This document shows, one piece after another, positions 35,001 through 46,337 of a stretch of 64,000 bases of DNA. Where the stretch lies: assembly GCA_000004985.1 (NCBI GenBank), contig GG738845.1; one strand, written 5' to 3'. Numbering within the stretch: the stretch's first letter is position 1; every line of letters begins with the position of its first letter. The position numbers were made by a program, and so were the translations under genes. The stretch is from Naegleria gruberi. Taxonomy: Eukaryota. A model generated the notes under the pieces. That model saw only the letters and a program-made list of their open reading frames with translations, did not search any database and was not told the origin of the DNA.

Positions 35001-38000
35001 ACGGAGTTTTGAGGGATATTTTCCTTGGATGTATTTCTTTGAATCAAAGGGATATCCTTGAATTTGATGGTTTTGAACAAACAGAACAAAGCTACAAAGT
35101 ACAAGCAGTGCTCCAACCAATATTCAGATTACTTGTTAATACCCAACCAAATGTCAAGCATCATATTCTTCAAAATTTTAAAATTGTTCTCAAGTCTAAT
35201 AGAGCCAAGGACTGTTTGCTACAACAAGTCGGATGGCAAGAGTGGTTGTTAAATATTATTTGTGTTTCAGGTATTTCTGATGCCTCTATTCCTTCTGATG
35301 TTGGTCAGTCTGCTCAGTTTGAACTTTGCAAAGATATTGTTATTGAACTTATTGCTATTTTGCTTTATCACTCTTTAAAAACTGTCAAAAAGGGATGGAG
35401 AGATATAGAAGATACAATTTGTCAAGTTATTCTTTTGAAAGATAGAGAGGATATTGAAGGTATAGAAGAAATATTGGGAAGTATTTATAAGAGAATTCTT
35501 GATGAATACATTTCTGACATTCAAGGAGAGAGAATTATTGCAAACTATAATGATAGAAATTCTCCAATACTTGACAATTTTGTTCACTTAGCTACATTCA
35601 TTGAGGAATATATGTTTTATTTTGATGCTATTTATCAAAGTGTCTCTGGTACATGGATGAGAAAGACAACAGAATCTGGTACAGGAGTTCTTGGCACACT
35701 GAGGAGTATTGTTGTGGGTGCTAACACAAATCGAGCTCCACAAGAGCCTGGAATTATGCCATTATCACAAGCAGCTCAACAAAATCAAGAAGATTTCGTT
35801 GTAATTGATACTAGTTCTGTGTCTGTAGGTTCTCATTCAGAAATTATTCCTTCAACTCCTGAAAGTAAGAGAGGTGATCAGTTATCATCCAATAGTCCAT
35901 CTACTGCTTCAAATCCACTGACATATAATGTTGAAGATGAAATCAATACTAGAAGAGATGAAAATAATAATTGGATTGATCTTCCAATAGCTGAAAAGCT
36001 TATAACAATACTCAGTGCTTGGAAACTCAATACAGTATCCAACTATAGTTCTCTTAGAAGTGTTGTTCAAGGAGGAAAAAGATTGAGAGATGGAGGTACT
36101 CTTAGAATAACGCTCAGACTCATTAGATATTGTTTGAGAGAGTCTCCTTCATTAGACTCATCTCTTTTAGACTGTATAAAGCGAATCAACCAGAGAGATG
36201 TGGAGAGTGAGAAGGAAATTTTAAGATTTTCTGAACTTTGGGCTGTTACTGGCGATATTGAGAATAATGATGACTTCCATACTCGTTTAATGTTTATTTT
36301 GGCCTTCTTGTTTGATATTTTAAGTAGACTTTTGGAAAAGAAACAAGAAAAGGAAGCTCTATTTGTTTTTATAACAATAAGAGAAATTTTCATGACAAGA
36401 AAAGAGTATTTGGAACAAGCGCTCACCACCGATGATGATAAATCTATTTTGACTGATGATCCTGTATTTTCCACAAAGAAGAAGGCTGATTTATCTGACT
36501 ATCTTCAAGTTATTCATTCAAAGAGCTGGAAATTTGCTTGGACAAGATTTTTCGTTCCAGCAGTGAGACTAACAGAGAAACTTGAATCTGCATTCCTGGA
36601 AGAAATTATTGTAAGAAGAAAATTCACTCTACACAGGCTTTATGATCAAATAAGGGAGGTAGAATCAGCAATGTCTGACTTGGATAAGAAAATGGATTCA
36701 GAAATCAGATCTACTTTGGAAAATATAAGAAGAGCTGAAAGAGAGAGAATCAAAAAAGAAAGAAGTTCCTATGAGGAGTTTGACTTACTAGCCTCTCATT
36801 ATTGGAAGCAAACCATGAGAAATGTGGCTGACGAAAGAGGTATTTGGGGTGGTCAAAAAGATTCAGTGAAATGGAAATTAGATAAGTGCCAAAACAGTAA
36901 ATTTATTAGAACAAGATTGGTAAGAAATTTCTCAGAAATAGACCACAAGGATGCTACCATCAAAAAGACTGACAAATCTGTAATTGTTGAAAATACTATT
37001 ACCAATAGATTATTGGAAATTAAGGAAAAAGGAAGTTTCTTTATTCCAAAACTTTCAATTATTAACAATGAAACTGAAGATGCTTCTGAAGATGGTACAA
37101 GTGAGATTACTGCCGCCACTATTTCAACACAACAACCATCCACCACCAATATTTCTGAAGATATACAAATCAACCAAAAACCAGTTGAAAGAGAAAAAAC
37201 TATTCTCAAAGATGTTGAATGTGACCTGATAAGTCCAATGGCTGGTTTCTCAGGAAAAATGGAAATTACAAGTAAGAGAATAACCTGGACACCAGATAAG
37301 GAAAATCATGCTTTGAATTTTGGTCTTGATAGTGAGAGAGTTTCCAAGTTGATTAAAAAACCAACAGAAAAGACATTCACACTTGACTCTATTGTAGAAA
37401 TTAGAATTATGAGATACAGACTGAGAAAAACAGCACTTGAATTTATTTTTGTTGATGAATCTTCCGTATTGTATAATTTTAATGTAAATGAGAGAAACAA
37501 AATATTCAACAAGATTATTTCTCAAAAGTGTCCAAACTTGAGAAATGTTGAAAAGTCCTTCTCTCCAATGGAAAACATACAAAGATCTCCATGGACTAAA
37601 AAGTGGCAGCTTGGAAAGATATCCAATTTTGATTATTTGATGATTCTAAACATGTACGCAGGAAGGACATTCAATGATCTCTCACAATATCCTATTTTCC
37701 CTTGGGTTATTGCTGACTACACCAGTCCAGTACTTGATTTTTCAAAGGAATCTACCTTTAGAGACCTCTCAAAGCCAATGGGTGTGCTCAACCCAGATAA
37801 GGTCAGAATTGTGGAAGAAAAGTACCAGACACTTGCCAGCGATACTTACACAACTCCATACCACTATGGTTCTCACTACTCTACATCAGCATATGTTACC
37901 TACTACTTAATTCGTTTAGAACCTTACACAACACATGCCAGAGTTGTTCAAGGTGGTAAATTCGATCATGCCGATAGAATGTTTGAGTCAATAACTCAAA

Positions 38001-39673
38001 CATTTGATCACTGTTTGAATGGTGAAGGAGATCACAAAGAACTTATACCAGAATTTTTCTACATGCCAGAATTTTTAAGAAAACCTCAAGATTTAGAACT
38101 TGGTGAAAAACAGAATGGAGTCCATATTAGTGATGTTGTTTTACCTGCATGGGCAAAAACACCTGAGGATTTCATTAGAATTCACAGAGAAGCCCTTGAA
38201 TCCGAATATGTTTCACAACATTTAAATGAATGGATTGACCTGATTTTTGGTTATAAACAAAGAGGTCCTGAAGCCATAAAGGCATATAACGTTTTCCCAA
38301 AGCTTACCTATGAAGGAAATATTTCATTTGATCCTCAAGAATTTTATCAAAATATGGCTACCATTGATAGTTTTGGTCAAACTCCATCCCAATTATTCCA
38401 ATCATCTCACCCAAAGAAGTCAATAACCAGAAAAGACAAACACGAAACACTTCTCTCCTTAACTGTTCAATGCTCAAAACAAATCAATACTTCCAAGGTT
38501 TCTCCAATTGTTTTAATCAAGTTATTCCATTCAGAGAATAATATTACAAGATTATGTGTTGTGAATGAGGATGGTTTTATCTATACAACCAAAATGACAA
38601 ATATTACCCTACAAACCATTCTCTCAGAGTATACTTTATTCAATAATTGCAAGACTATTGGTTTCCCATTGGATGATCCTGTTGGTTTACTTTCGTCCTC
38701 TACTGAATCTAATAATTTTGTTCCAGTTAATAGCAACAATAGTACAAAGCAAAGAAGATCACTTGCCTCACTTCCAAAACAATTATCAGGTATCAGAAGT
38801 AATGTATCTGCCTGTAAGACTGCATTTGCAATTCCAAGTTCAACAAATCCAAACTCGGTTAAAGATATCACACTCATTTCATGTAGACATCATGATAACT
38901 CTTTCAGAATTTCAAAACCATACACACAACCACTCCAAACAAAGATTACACTCTGTCAACAAAATGCCATTTGGAGACACAAGGATTTGGTCACTTGTTG
39001 TTCAATTTGTGAAGAGGATAAATATTTAGTGACTGGAAGTAGAGATACAACAGTAATGGTTTGGGATATTTTGACCAATGACTTTTTCACTTCTCAACAG
39101 CCATCAACAATTTTATATGGACACGATGATGAAGTTACTTGTGTGGTAGTTTGTAATGACTTGGATAATGTTATTAGTGGAAGCAGAGATGGAACTATCA
39201 TTATTCACTCATTAAGAAGAGGAAAATACATTAGAACAATCAAGCATCCAAATGGAGGTTGTATTAACTCTATTGCAGTTGCAAGAGAGTGTAAGATTAG
39301 CCAAGATATTGAGGTTCTTGGTAGAATTTGTGTGTATAGTAATGATGATATGATTCTATACTTGTACAGTGCTAATGGTCAATTATTGGCCAAAGCTGAA
39401 ACTAATGGAGTTTTACATTGTATGATGATATTTGATTCAAAATATGTGATTTATGGAGGAGATCACTCCATAGTTGTTAGAGATTTACATTCACTCAAAG
39501 TAATCCACAAATTCACACTCAGTGAATACATGTCTCCAATAAGAACTATTGAAATTTCCAAGGATGAACAATTGCTCTTTGCTGGTCTTGATTCTGGTCA
39601 ATTAGTAGTGTTAGGTATTGATTCAACACTCAGTAATTCCATTGCTCCACCTTCTCCAAATCAAAACCTTTAA
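29100..39673 (+). CDS. Giant BEACH-domain protein (LYST/LvsA/neurobeachin-like), about 3450 aa. At least 3 exons, about 29100..29394, 29448..29767 and 29828..39673
   Basis: The main 3263-codon ORF contains a PH-like region, a canonical BEACH domain (WQLGKISNFDYLMILNMYAGRTFNDLSQYPIFPWVIADY...PYHYGSHYSTSAYVTYYLIRLEPYTTH...WIDLIFGYKQRGPEAIKAYNVFPKLTYEG) and C-terminal WD40 repeats. The two upstream ORFs (29088.. and 29577..) join in frame. The first junction uses a GTTAGT donor and a TTTTATAG acceptor, phase 0. The second uses a GTAGGT donor and an AATAATAG acceptor, phase 1, giving ...VLNG-RGEFDFQKTNKYNPKSLYLLEVIEIL.... Confidence 0.8.
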
Positions 39674-39714
39674 ATAAACAATTTTTTCAATAACTTCAAA
39701 ATTCAACATTAAAA

Positions 39715-40410
39715 ATGAAAAAAAGTTCAAACAAGGTATCTACACCCTCATCAACAACAGAAGATGATAAACCAAAGAAGCAACTCTCATCGTCGATAGC
39801 TTCCCTCAGGTTTATGAATCGGAATAAGCCAGCAACAAATTCCGATTCAACAAATCAATTACCTTCTCCTGCTCTTTCTTTCAAATCAGCAACTTCTCGT
39901 GTAGTAAAATCATCATCCAATTCTTCATTATCGAATAAAAACAATAGTAGTAGTGCCACTCCTGTTCCTCCCCAACAATCTGCTTCACCAAGTGTAGCAT
40001 CTTCATCAATTCAAAATACAGCAACACCAAAGAATCACAAAGCAGAACAGTGGAGTTATGCACAAGAAGGAAAACTAGATCAAGTCATCAATAATACCTT
40101 GTCAAACTATTCACTGAGTACAAATCAAGATACTCTGTTATCCTCAAACTCTTATGCCTGTCAAGAAGACAATGAATCAATTTATTCTTTAAATTTCTAT
40201 AGACATTTGGAAGGAGAACCAACAGAGGAAACAACTTCGGATTATGTAAGAGGAGGAAGACTTAAATTCGGAACTTATAAACAAGAGGAAATTGCAATCA
40301 CAACAGAAATAGATCCAAGTAGTGCACTGAAAAGAAAGAAGGATGATAATATTAAATTACCTATTGGAATTAGCTCCACTCAAAATAAGAAAAAGAAACA
40401 TAAAAAATAA
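39715..40410 (+). CDS. Hypothetical Ser/Asn-rich low-complexity protein of 231 aa
   Basis: ORF with ATG starting 42 nt after the BEACH gene stop. Low complexity with a basic tail (NKKKKHKK). Confidence 0.4.
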   Translation: MKKSSNKVSTPSSTTEDDKPKKQLSSSIASLRFMNRNKPATNSDSTNQLPSPALSFKSATSRVVKSSSNSSLSNKNNSSSATPVPPQQSASPSVASSSIQNTATPKNHKAEQWSYAQEGKLDQVINNTLSNYSLSTNQDTLLSSNSYACQEDNESIYSLNFYRHLEGEPTEETTSDYVRGGRLKFGTYKQEEIAITTEIDPSSALKRKKDDNIKLPIGISSTQNKKKKHKK

Positions 40411-40518
40411 ATTTGTAAATATCTTGAATAGAGATTCAAATAATTTGAAACAAATGAAGTTCATTACATTAACTTCTACTATGGTAAGGAGTTGAGAAAT
40501 CAATTGCGAATCACTTAT

Positions 40519-41565
40519 TTACAATTCAACAAGCAATACCTCCAGTGCTGATATCTCCTCGGCTGACAACATTGGATTGTCCTTAATCCAAGTACTAATT
40601 TTCTTAATGTATTCCTGTTTCTTCTCTGTCTGTTGAGTTGTGTTTTGTTTGATATGGACAGAATTAGTAATGGAGAAAAAGTGGTTGGCCTCTTGAAAAC
40701 TGTTAAAGTGGGAAGGAGAGGATTGTGGAATAATTGTTTCTGCTAAATACTTGAGCATTTTCAACTCCATGTCTGTTGCATTGAGTACTAGTTCATTAAA
40801 TTGTGCTACAACTTGATATCCTTCATATAGAGGTGGTAAAATCTTCCATTGAGAGCAGAAAATTGTTTCAAGTGTTGTTTTATGAGAATTCATCAGGTAG
40901 ATCCTGTATGGAGAGGTCTTGACATATGGCCATATTTCAACCATCATTTCTGTAAAGCGTTCAAAGAAACGAGATTTTCTTTCAAGAGGAATTGAAGTTC
41001 TTCCATTATAATATGCCAATGAATCCAGAATATAAATTAAGGCTCGGTTCATTATAAATTTGTGCCATCTCGCTTCTACATTAACTCTTTTCTCCATCAA
41101 CAAACTGACAAATTCCTTCAAATAAATACAAGTATTTTCCAAATCTCTATATTTCATTCCATACAATTTCACTTGAGCTTGTAAAAAGGATAACCTCATT
41201 AAATCACAATTTCTCAAATATTTTTCAATCAACACTTTCAATATCTCCTCCTCATTAAAAAGATTTTCACATGTAGTATCCAATAATTTGAGGTTCAAAT
41301 CTTTAAAAAACTCAATACTCGCTCTAGGATAATAAATAGTAACATGTCTTGGCAGTTTCCTCCGATGACGAAGAAACAATCTTTTTCTCCTCGAGTTTGG
41401 AGGTTCCATTCTTATCTGTCTCTCCAACTCTTCATTATTGGACAACATTCTCTCACGAACAATAAAAAACCAAGATTTAAAACAATATCCAATCCTCACA
41501 ACATCTCTCTCCTGCATAAATGAGGCAACATTCTCTAACATTTCAATCGGTAATTGATCAAGCAT
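40519..41565 (-). CDS. F-box domain protein
   Basis: N-terminal F-box consensus (LPIEMLENVASFMQERDVVRIGYCFKSW). The rest is helical with no other recognised domain. Confidence 0.5.
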   Translation of the reverse strand: MLDQLPIEMLENVASFMQERDVVRIGYCFKSWFFIVRERMLSNNEELERQIRMEPPNSRRKRLFLRHRRKLPRHVTIYYPRASIEFFKDLNLKLLDTTCENLFNEEEILKVLIEKYLRNCDLMRLSFLQAQVKLYGMKYRDLENTCIYLKEFVSLLMEKRVNVEARWHKFIMNRALIYILDSLAYYNGRTSIPLERKSRFFERFTEMMVEIWPYVKTSPYRIYLMNSHKTTLETIFCSQWKILPPLYEGYQVVAQFNELVLNATDMELKMLKYLAETIIPQSSPSHFNSFQEANHFFSITNSVHIKQNTTQQTEKKQEYIKKISTWIKDNPMLSAEEISALEVLLVEL

Positions 41566-41719
41566 TGTTTCTGTATTTTTTTATTTTAATTAAATTTAAA
41601 AAAAATTGTCTAACGTTAATTGGGTACCCACCATTCCGTTATCAAATTTGTGATCATCACACTATTACGACTCGTACGAGTAGACATTTTAGCAACTCTG
41701 TAAATAATTTATTGTTCCA

Positions 41720-43420
41720 ATGAAGAGAAAGCATCAAGTGAACGATGACTCGGATTCTGATTCCGATGAAGATTATTATGAAGAACCAAAAAAGCAAAGA
41801 CATAGTACTGGTTCGGCTTTTATGAATGCTTTTAATTCTATTTTGTCTGATTCAATTATACTTGATAATTATTCTAATTATGAGAATTTACCATTAGGAA
41901 TTAAATTTAAAGTGGTTCTTCGAAGTTTTAGACAAATGACAATAATTGAAAAGTTCTTTATTTTCAACAAATTACATAATATTAGTTATAGTACAATTCG
42001 TGAAGCGGATTGTATTGCTCTTTTAAGTCTAGGATTTTCACAAATAACTGAAGATGAAATTGGTAATTTACAAACATATTTCAAAAAAAAGGGAAAATCA
42101 TCTAATTACAATGATACTAAATATACATTACTCGATTTTGAGAATAATGACACTAGATTGTATTGGCAATTGTCATATCAAACTTGGGTTACTTTTTATC
42201 ATGATATGGTGGATTGTTATACAACTAGATACAACTCGAGAAATCCAAATGAAATTCCATCAAACTTTAATGAAACATTAGAGCAAATATCTAGAGATTC
42301 TAATTTCTATGCGAAAGCTATTCATGTCATTAGAAAAAAGTTGAGACATATTCCTGGGAAAACTTCTGGAAGCCAGGATATGAGCAAATTGTACAATAAT
42401 TTAACTGATGTTCTGTCCACAATGGAAGAAGCTAGTATGGAGAAAGTTGATGGTATTCATATGATTAATGAAAAGATACTGTCTGCTAACTTTTTCTTCC
42501 ACTTTTTACAATCTGAGGAGGATAAGAAATCTCAACTTGGAGCCTTTTTACTGAAAAAAGCAAGAATTATAGATGATATGGAGATTGTAAAGGTTTTATA
42601 TCCAATCAATACCAAAACCTCCTTTACTTCGCTCCCTATTTCAATACTCAACTTGGAGAAATCTATTCTATTTTTTAATGAGTTTATCAAGGCAAGAGAG
42701 ACTTCACTTATAAAACCAATAAGGGGCACACATATCAAAACAAAATTCTCTAACTATGGTAGAAAGGAACAAGATGTTACAGAGGTAGAACCAACCACCA
42801 CCACCATTAGCGAACAACCAAAAGAAAAGACTGTGATGATCCCTCATCAACAAGTCTCGACACCTTCTAAAGAAAGTCCTAGTGTAGCAGCATCTAACAC
42901 TAAGAATGGAAGCTCATCATCAGAAAATGTAAAACAACAACCTCCAAGTGTTGAACCAGCAACAGCAGCAGCAACGATTTCAACCCCAACTCTTCCACAA
43001 CAAACAAAACCAATTACAGCTACAGTAACTACTACTTCTTCATCAGCAGCCTCATCAGCAGCAACCAATTCTGATACTGCTACCATTACTTCACCACCTA
43101 GAGAACAACAAACCAGTAAACCAAATGAAATACCAGTTATTGACCTAGAGAATGACAAACTTGATGCAGCTGGTGTATTTAGAAATTGGTGGGTTGGAGA
43201 ATACAGGAACTTTGACTTTTCAAAACATCAAGCTGTCCTTTCAGCTAAAAGGTTATTACAATTCTTCAGTACTGCCATGAGACAAAAAGATCCAACCTTT
43301 CACATTGACAGTTCTCATACTTCTTGGAGAGTAATAAGAAAGGCTATTGAAAAGGGAGAGATTCATGGATTAAGAGTTGAAGGAGAAGGAGGTAGATCGT
43401 TTAAGGTTATTAATCAATAA
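41720..43420 (+). CDS. Hypothetical protein of 566 aa with an acidic N-terminus and a Ser/Thr/Ala-rich linker
   Basis: Long ORF with ATG. The N-terminus has DSDSDSDEDYYEE. Around residue 400 is a mucin-like TTTSSSAASSAAT stretch. The C-terminal 90 aa form a conserved-looking globular region (NWWVGEYRNFDF...). Confidence 0.45.
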   Translation: MKRKHQVNDDSDSDSDEDYYEEPKKQRHSTGSAFMNAFNSILSDSIILDNYSNYENLPLGIKFKVVLRSFRQMTIIEKFFIFNKLHNISYSTIREADCIALLSLGFSQITEDEIGNLQTYFKKKGKSSNYNDTKYTLLDFENNDTRLYWQLSYQTWVTFYHDMVDCYTTRYNSRNPNEIPSNFNETLEQISRDSNFYAKAIHVIRKKLRHIPGKTSGSQDMSKLYNNLTDVLSTMEEASMEKVDGIHMINEKILSANFFFHFLQSEEDKKSQLGAFLLKKARIIDDMEIVKVLYPINTKTSFTSLPISILNLEKSILFFNEFIKARETSLIKPIRGTHIKTKFSNYGRKEQDVTEVEPTTTTISEQPKEKTVMIPHQQVSTPSKESPSVAASNTKNGSSSSENVKQQPPSVEPATAAATISTPTLPQQTKPITATVTTTSSSAASSAATNSDTATITSPPREQQTSKPNEIPVIDLENDKLDAAGVFRNWWVGEYRNFDFSKHQAVLSAKRLLQFFSTAMRQKDPTFHIDSSHTSWRVIRKAIEKGEIHGLRVEGEGGRSFKVINQ

Positions 43421-43432
43421 ACTAAATTTATT

Positions 43433-44668
43433 TTACAATTTAGACAACCTAGATTCATCACGTTTGTATTTTGATAATTCAGTTCTTCTCTTCCACTTTT
43501 CCAAGTCAGTATAGATGGGTATTCTTGGACCACGAGCATCCAAATCTTGCCATTGATATTGGAAAAAGTCAGCTGTAATTGGAGGATAAATTTCTCTAAA
43601 AACTGAGAATAATAATTCCATTGTCCAACATTTCAGTTTAAATCTTGGAACATGTCTTATTGGTTCTGTAGACTTGATTTTACATCTATCATCTTCAACT
43701 TCCAATGAAAGTAAAAGTAAATCGTCACAGTACATGGCATCCTCATCAGTACAAACAGGTGGTTGAATATATTCGTAATCAACAACACAAAAACCAATAT
43801 TTCTCATAATCTTGTGTCTGTCTTCCGATTTCATGACACCATCATCAACTCCAATAGCATTTGTTTCAGCAAAAAAGTAAAATTCGTCATCTTCTTTTTC
43901 AAGAACCTTCTTCAAATTAGAATCGCTTGCTTTAACGCGAGCATCATCCAAACACAATTCAATATATTGTTGAGCAAATTGAAGTTGACCTTTTTGAGTT
44001 TTGGTTAATTGAAGAATAGTTTCATCACCAACATTCCAATTTCTTACATGCATTAAAGCATTATTAAGTGCTTCCCATCTGTTCGGCTTTCTTTTTGCAT
44101 ATAATTCATATTTGCAATATTCATAAGCTTGATAAACAAGAGTTTTTCCCAAACCATAGTTTCTATATTTTTCACAAACGACAAAGTATGTGAATAAAGC
44201 ACATTGAGACATTTCATAATACTCAAAAACAGAAATGCCTGCAATATTTTCATATCTCATCTCCTTATCGTCCTTTCCATTAACTTCATATGCAACCATA
44301 ATGTGCATAAGTGGAACAAAAACACGATTACCCTTGTGAGTCAAATTGTTAACCCAAACTTCTAAAGGATCTAATTCGGATTCAATAGGAAAATTTACCA
44401 TCATAATTTCATTATAAATTTTAGTAATTAAAGCAAGAGAAAAGTAATCTCTTAGTGAAATAAATCTAAATTTCTTATCCTTTACAGTGTAGAAGAAATC
44501 TGAACCTTTTCCGTCCTCCTTAGACAAGTCTAAATTATATTCCGCAGCATCTGATGATACATTGTTGTCAGCAGTAGCAACACTAGAAGATGTATTGTTT
44601 AATTCCAACAAATTGTTTTGAAAATGGAATTGTCTTTTTAAATGTTTTTTTATCATTTTATGAATCAC
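43433..44668 (-). CDS. Putative GNAT-fold acetyltransferase-domain protein
   Basis: Central region has a beta-strand plus motif-A-like segment (IAGISVFEYYEMSQCALFTYFVVCEKYRNYGLGKTLV), i.e. the R/Q-x-x-G-x-G/A signature. Its size (411 aa) and layout are Hat1-like, but the assignment is weak. Confidence 0.3.
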   Translation of the reverse strand: MIHKMIKKHLKRQFHFQNNLLELNNTSSSVATADNNVSSDAAEYNLDLSKEDGKGSDFFYTVKDKKFRFISLRDYFSLALITKIYNEIMMVNFPIESELDPLEVWVNNLTHKGNRVFVPLMHIMVAYEVNGKDDKEMRYENIAGISVFEYYEMSQCALFTYFVVCEKYRNYGLGKTLVYQAYEYCKYELYAKRKPNRWEALNNALMHVRNWNVGDETILQLTKTQKGQLQFAQQYIELCLDDARVKASDSNLKKVLEKEDDEFYFFAETNAIGVDDGVMKSEDRHKIMRNIGFCVVDYEYIQPPVCTDEDAMYCDDLLLLSLEVEDDRCKIKSTEPIRHVPRFKLKCWTMELLFSVFREIYPPITADFFQYQWQDLDARGPRIPIYTDLEKWKRRTELSKYKRDESRLSKL

Positions 44669-45004
44669 TTTGATATAAAATCCAATGTTGTTTTTTTATG
44701 GATAATAGATAGGATGATGATATTGAGTGTTTGATTGAATGCCGAATGTTGGCCTGTATTGTAGCAGTGTGTGTCAGCCTGTAAAAATAATAATATTTTT
44801 TTCTTTCAAATTTTTCAACACAACGTTTGTCTCGCAGCTGAACTCTTTAACAAAAGCATTTACCAGTCCTTTTATGATCTCATTTCTCCAAAAAGTGGCG
44901 GGTAGATAGTAATTGCATAACGTTTATCTTGGTCTTGTTTGAGTCGCCCTCAATTCTTACCAAAAGATGTTGGTGATTGCTTTTCAACAATAATTTATTG
45001 ATCA

Positions 45005-46015
45005 TCAATAAAGATATTGTCTTCTACGAGATCTTTCCAAGCAAGAAGATGTTTCGTCTCTATAGGTTGGCTTTTTAAGATTTGGATTCAGTTCCATTTC
45101 AAATTGACCCAATTGATTCGAAAATCCCTTGTTTGGTTTGACAAATTTTCTGGCTTGTTTAGTAATGTTATAAGCTTCTTGCAGTGTCAATCCTTCTTCG
45201 GCAATCAAATAGGCTAACACAATAGATGCTGATCTGGAAATACCTTTTTGACAGTGGACGAAAACCTTTTCACCATTCTTCTTACACTCCTTAATGTATT
45301 CAATTGCTTGCGAGAAGTGTTGTTTAATGTCCATGGTTTGATGGTCCACAATTTGAATTTGAAAATCGCCATACTTTTCCAAGACTTGATTTTCATGAGG
45401 TTCAGGTGTAACGTTAACAATTTTCTTAATACCTAACGATTCTAACAACTTTGGAACATAGGCGTGAAGGTAAGCTCCAAGGAAGAGGAAATCTGGTATA
45501 ATTTCATTTGGAAGGAGTGTTGAGTCTCTTTCCATGGTTTCTGGATATTCAAAATCGGAACAAATTGAATTAGAGTACTTTCTGTTCATTTCATCTAATC
45601 CGCCTTCGAGAGATTTCAAACTCTTAATGACAATGTTTCTTGGGAAGAGAGGAATAACTTTTTGGATGAACTGATCGACAACTTGTTGCGATAGTGATGA
45701 TTGGCCATAAATTACAAACATTTGATTCGAGTAGTTGGCCTTTCTGAAGAGACTTTGTTGGAATCCCTCCAAACCTGGATTCTTCTCAAGCAAATCCTCC
45801 CATTCTGTGGTACCTTCATCAATTTGTCTAGTGATTGCTTCGATATCTACATTCGTAGCCGCCAGTAAATGGCTCTTTTCATACAAATCACTAGAGCGAA
45901 GATCTACAAGAGCAAAAGTAAGCTTAGGACTTTGGCAAGGGGCCAATGAAGTCATATCGAGAACTTCATTGTAGAGGAAAGTACAAGTGATGGTTTCGTT
46001 GTGTAAAGAGGACAT
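45005..46015 (-). CDS. Dual-specificity (MAP-kinase-phosphatase-like) protein phosphatase with an N-terminal rhodanese domain
   Basis: Catalytic loop VHCQKGISRSASIVLAYLI (HCxxGxxRS). The N-terminal rhodanese/CDC25-like domain reads LVDLRSSDLYEKSHLLAATNV. The likely start is MSSLHNET. Confidence 0.75.
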   Translation of the reverse strand: MSSLHNETITCTFLYNEVLDMTSLAPCQSPKLTFALVDLRSSDLYEKSHLLAATNVDIEAITRQIDEGTTEWEDLLEKNPGLEGFQQSLFRKANYSNQMFVIYGQSSLSQQVVDQFIQKVIPLFPRNIVIKSLKSLEGGLDEMNRKYSNSICSDFEYPETMERDSTLLPNEIIPDFLFLGAYLHAYVPKLLESLGIKKIVNVTPEPHENQVLEKYGDFQIQIVDHQTMDIKQHFSQAIEYIKECKKNGEKVFVHCQKGISRSASIVLAYLIAEEGLTLQEAYNITKQARKFVKPNKGFSNQLGQFEMELNPNLKKPTYRDETSSCLERSRRRQYLY

Positions 46016-46337
46016 TGTGATGATATATATATACAAAATTGTTTGGTTGTAATACTAAATGGTATCTAGTTGGAGGTGAAGATGTTTCGTACCCGACTAA
46101 GTGTTCTTGTAGTGATTTTTGAAAATAACTGACAAGAAAACGCGTTGCTGGCGTGCGTTGTTGTTAGGAAAGGGGAGTTGGAGATGATATTTTTTTGTCT
46201 CTAAATATGTTTTGTTAGTCGTTTAAATAAAGATGTATAGATAATTTAGTGCCTTTTGAATTTTGAAAATTCAGATAGTTTCAATTTGACGCTAATTGGA
46301 AGCCGTTCAACAGCAAAAAGTGGATGACGAGAATTTA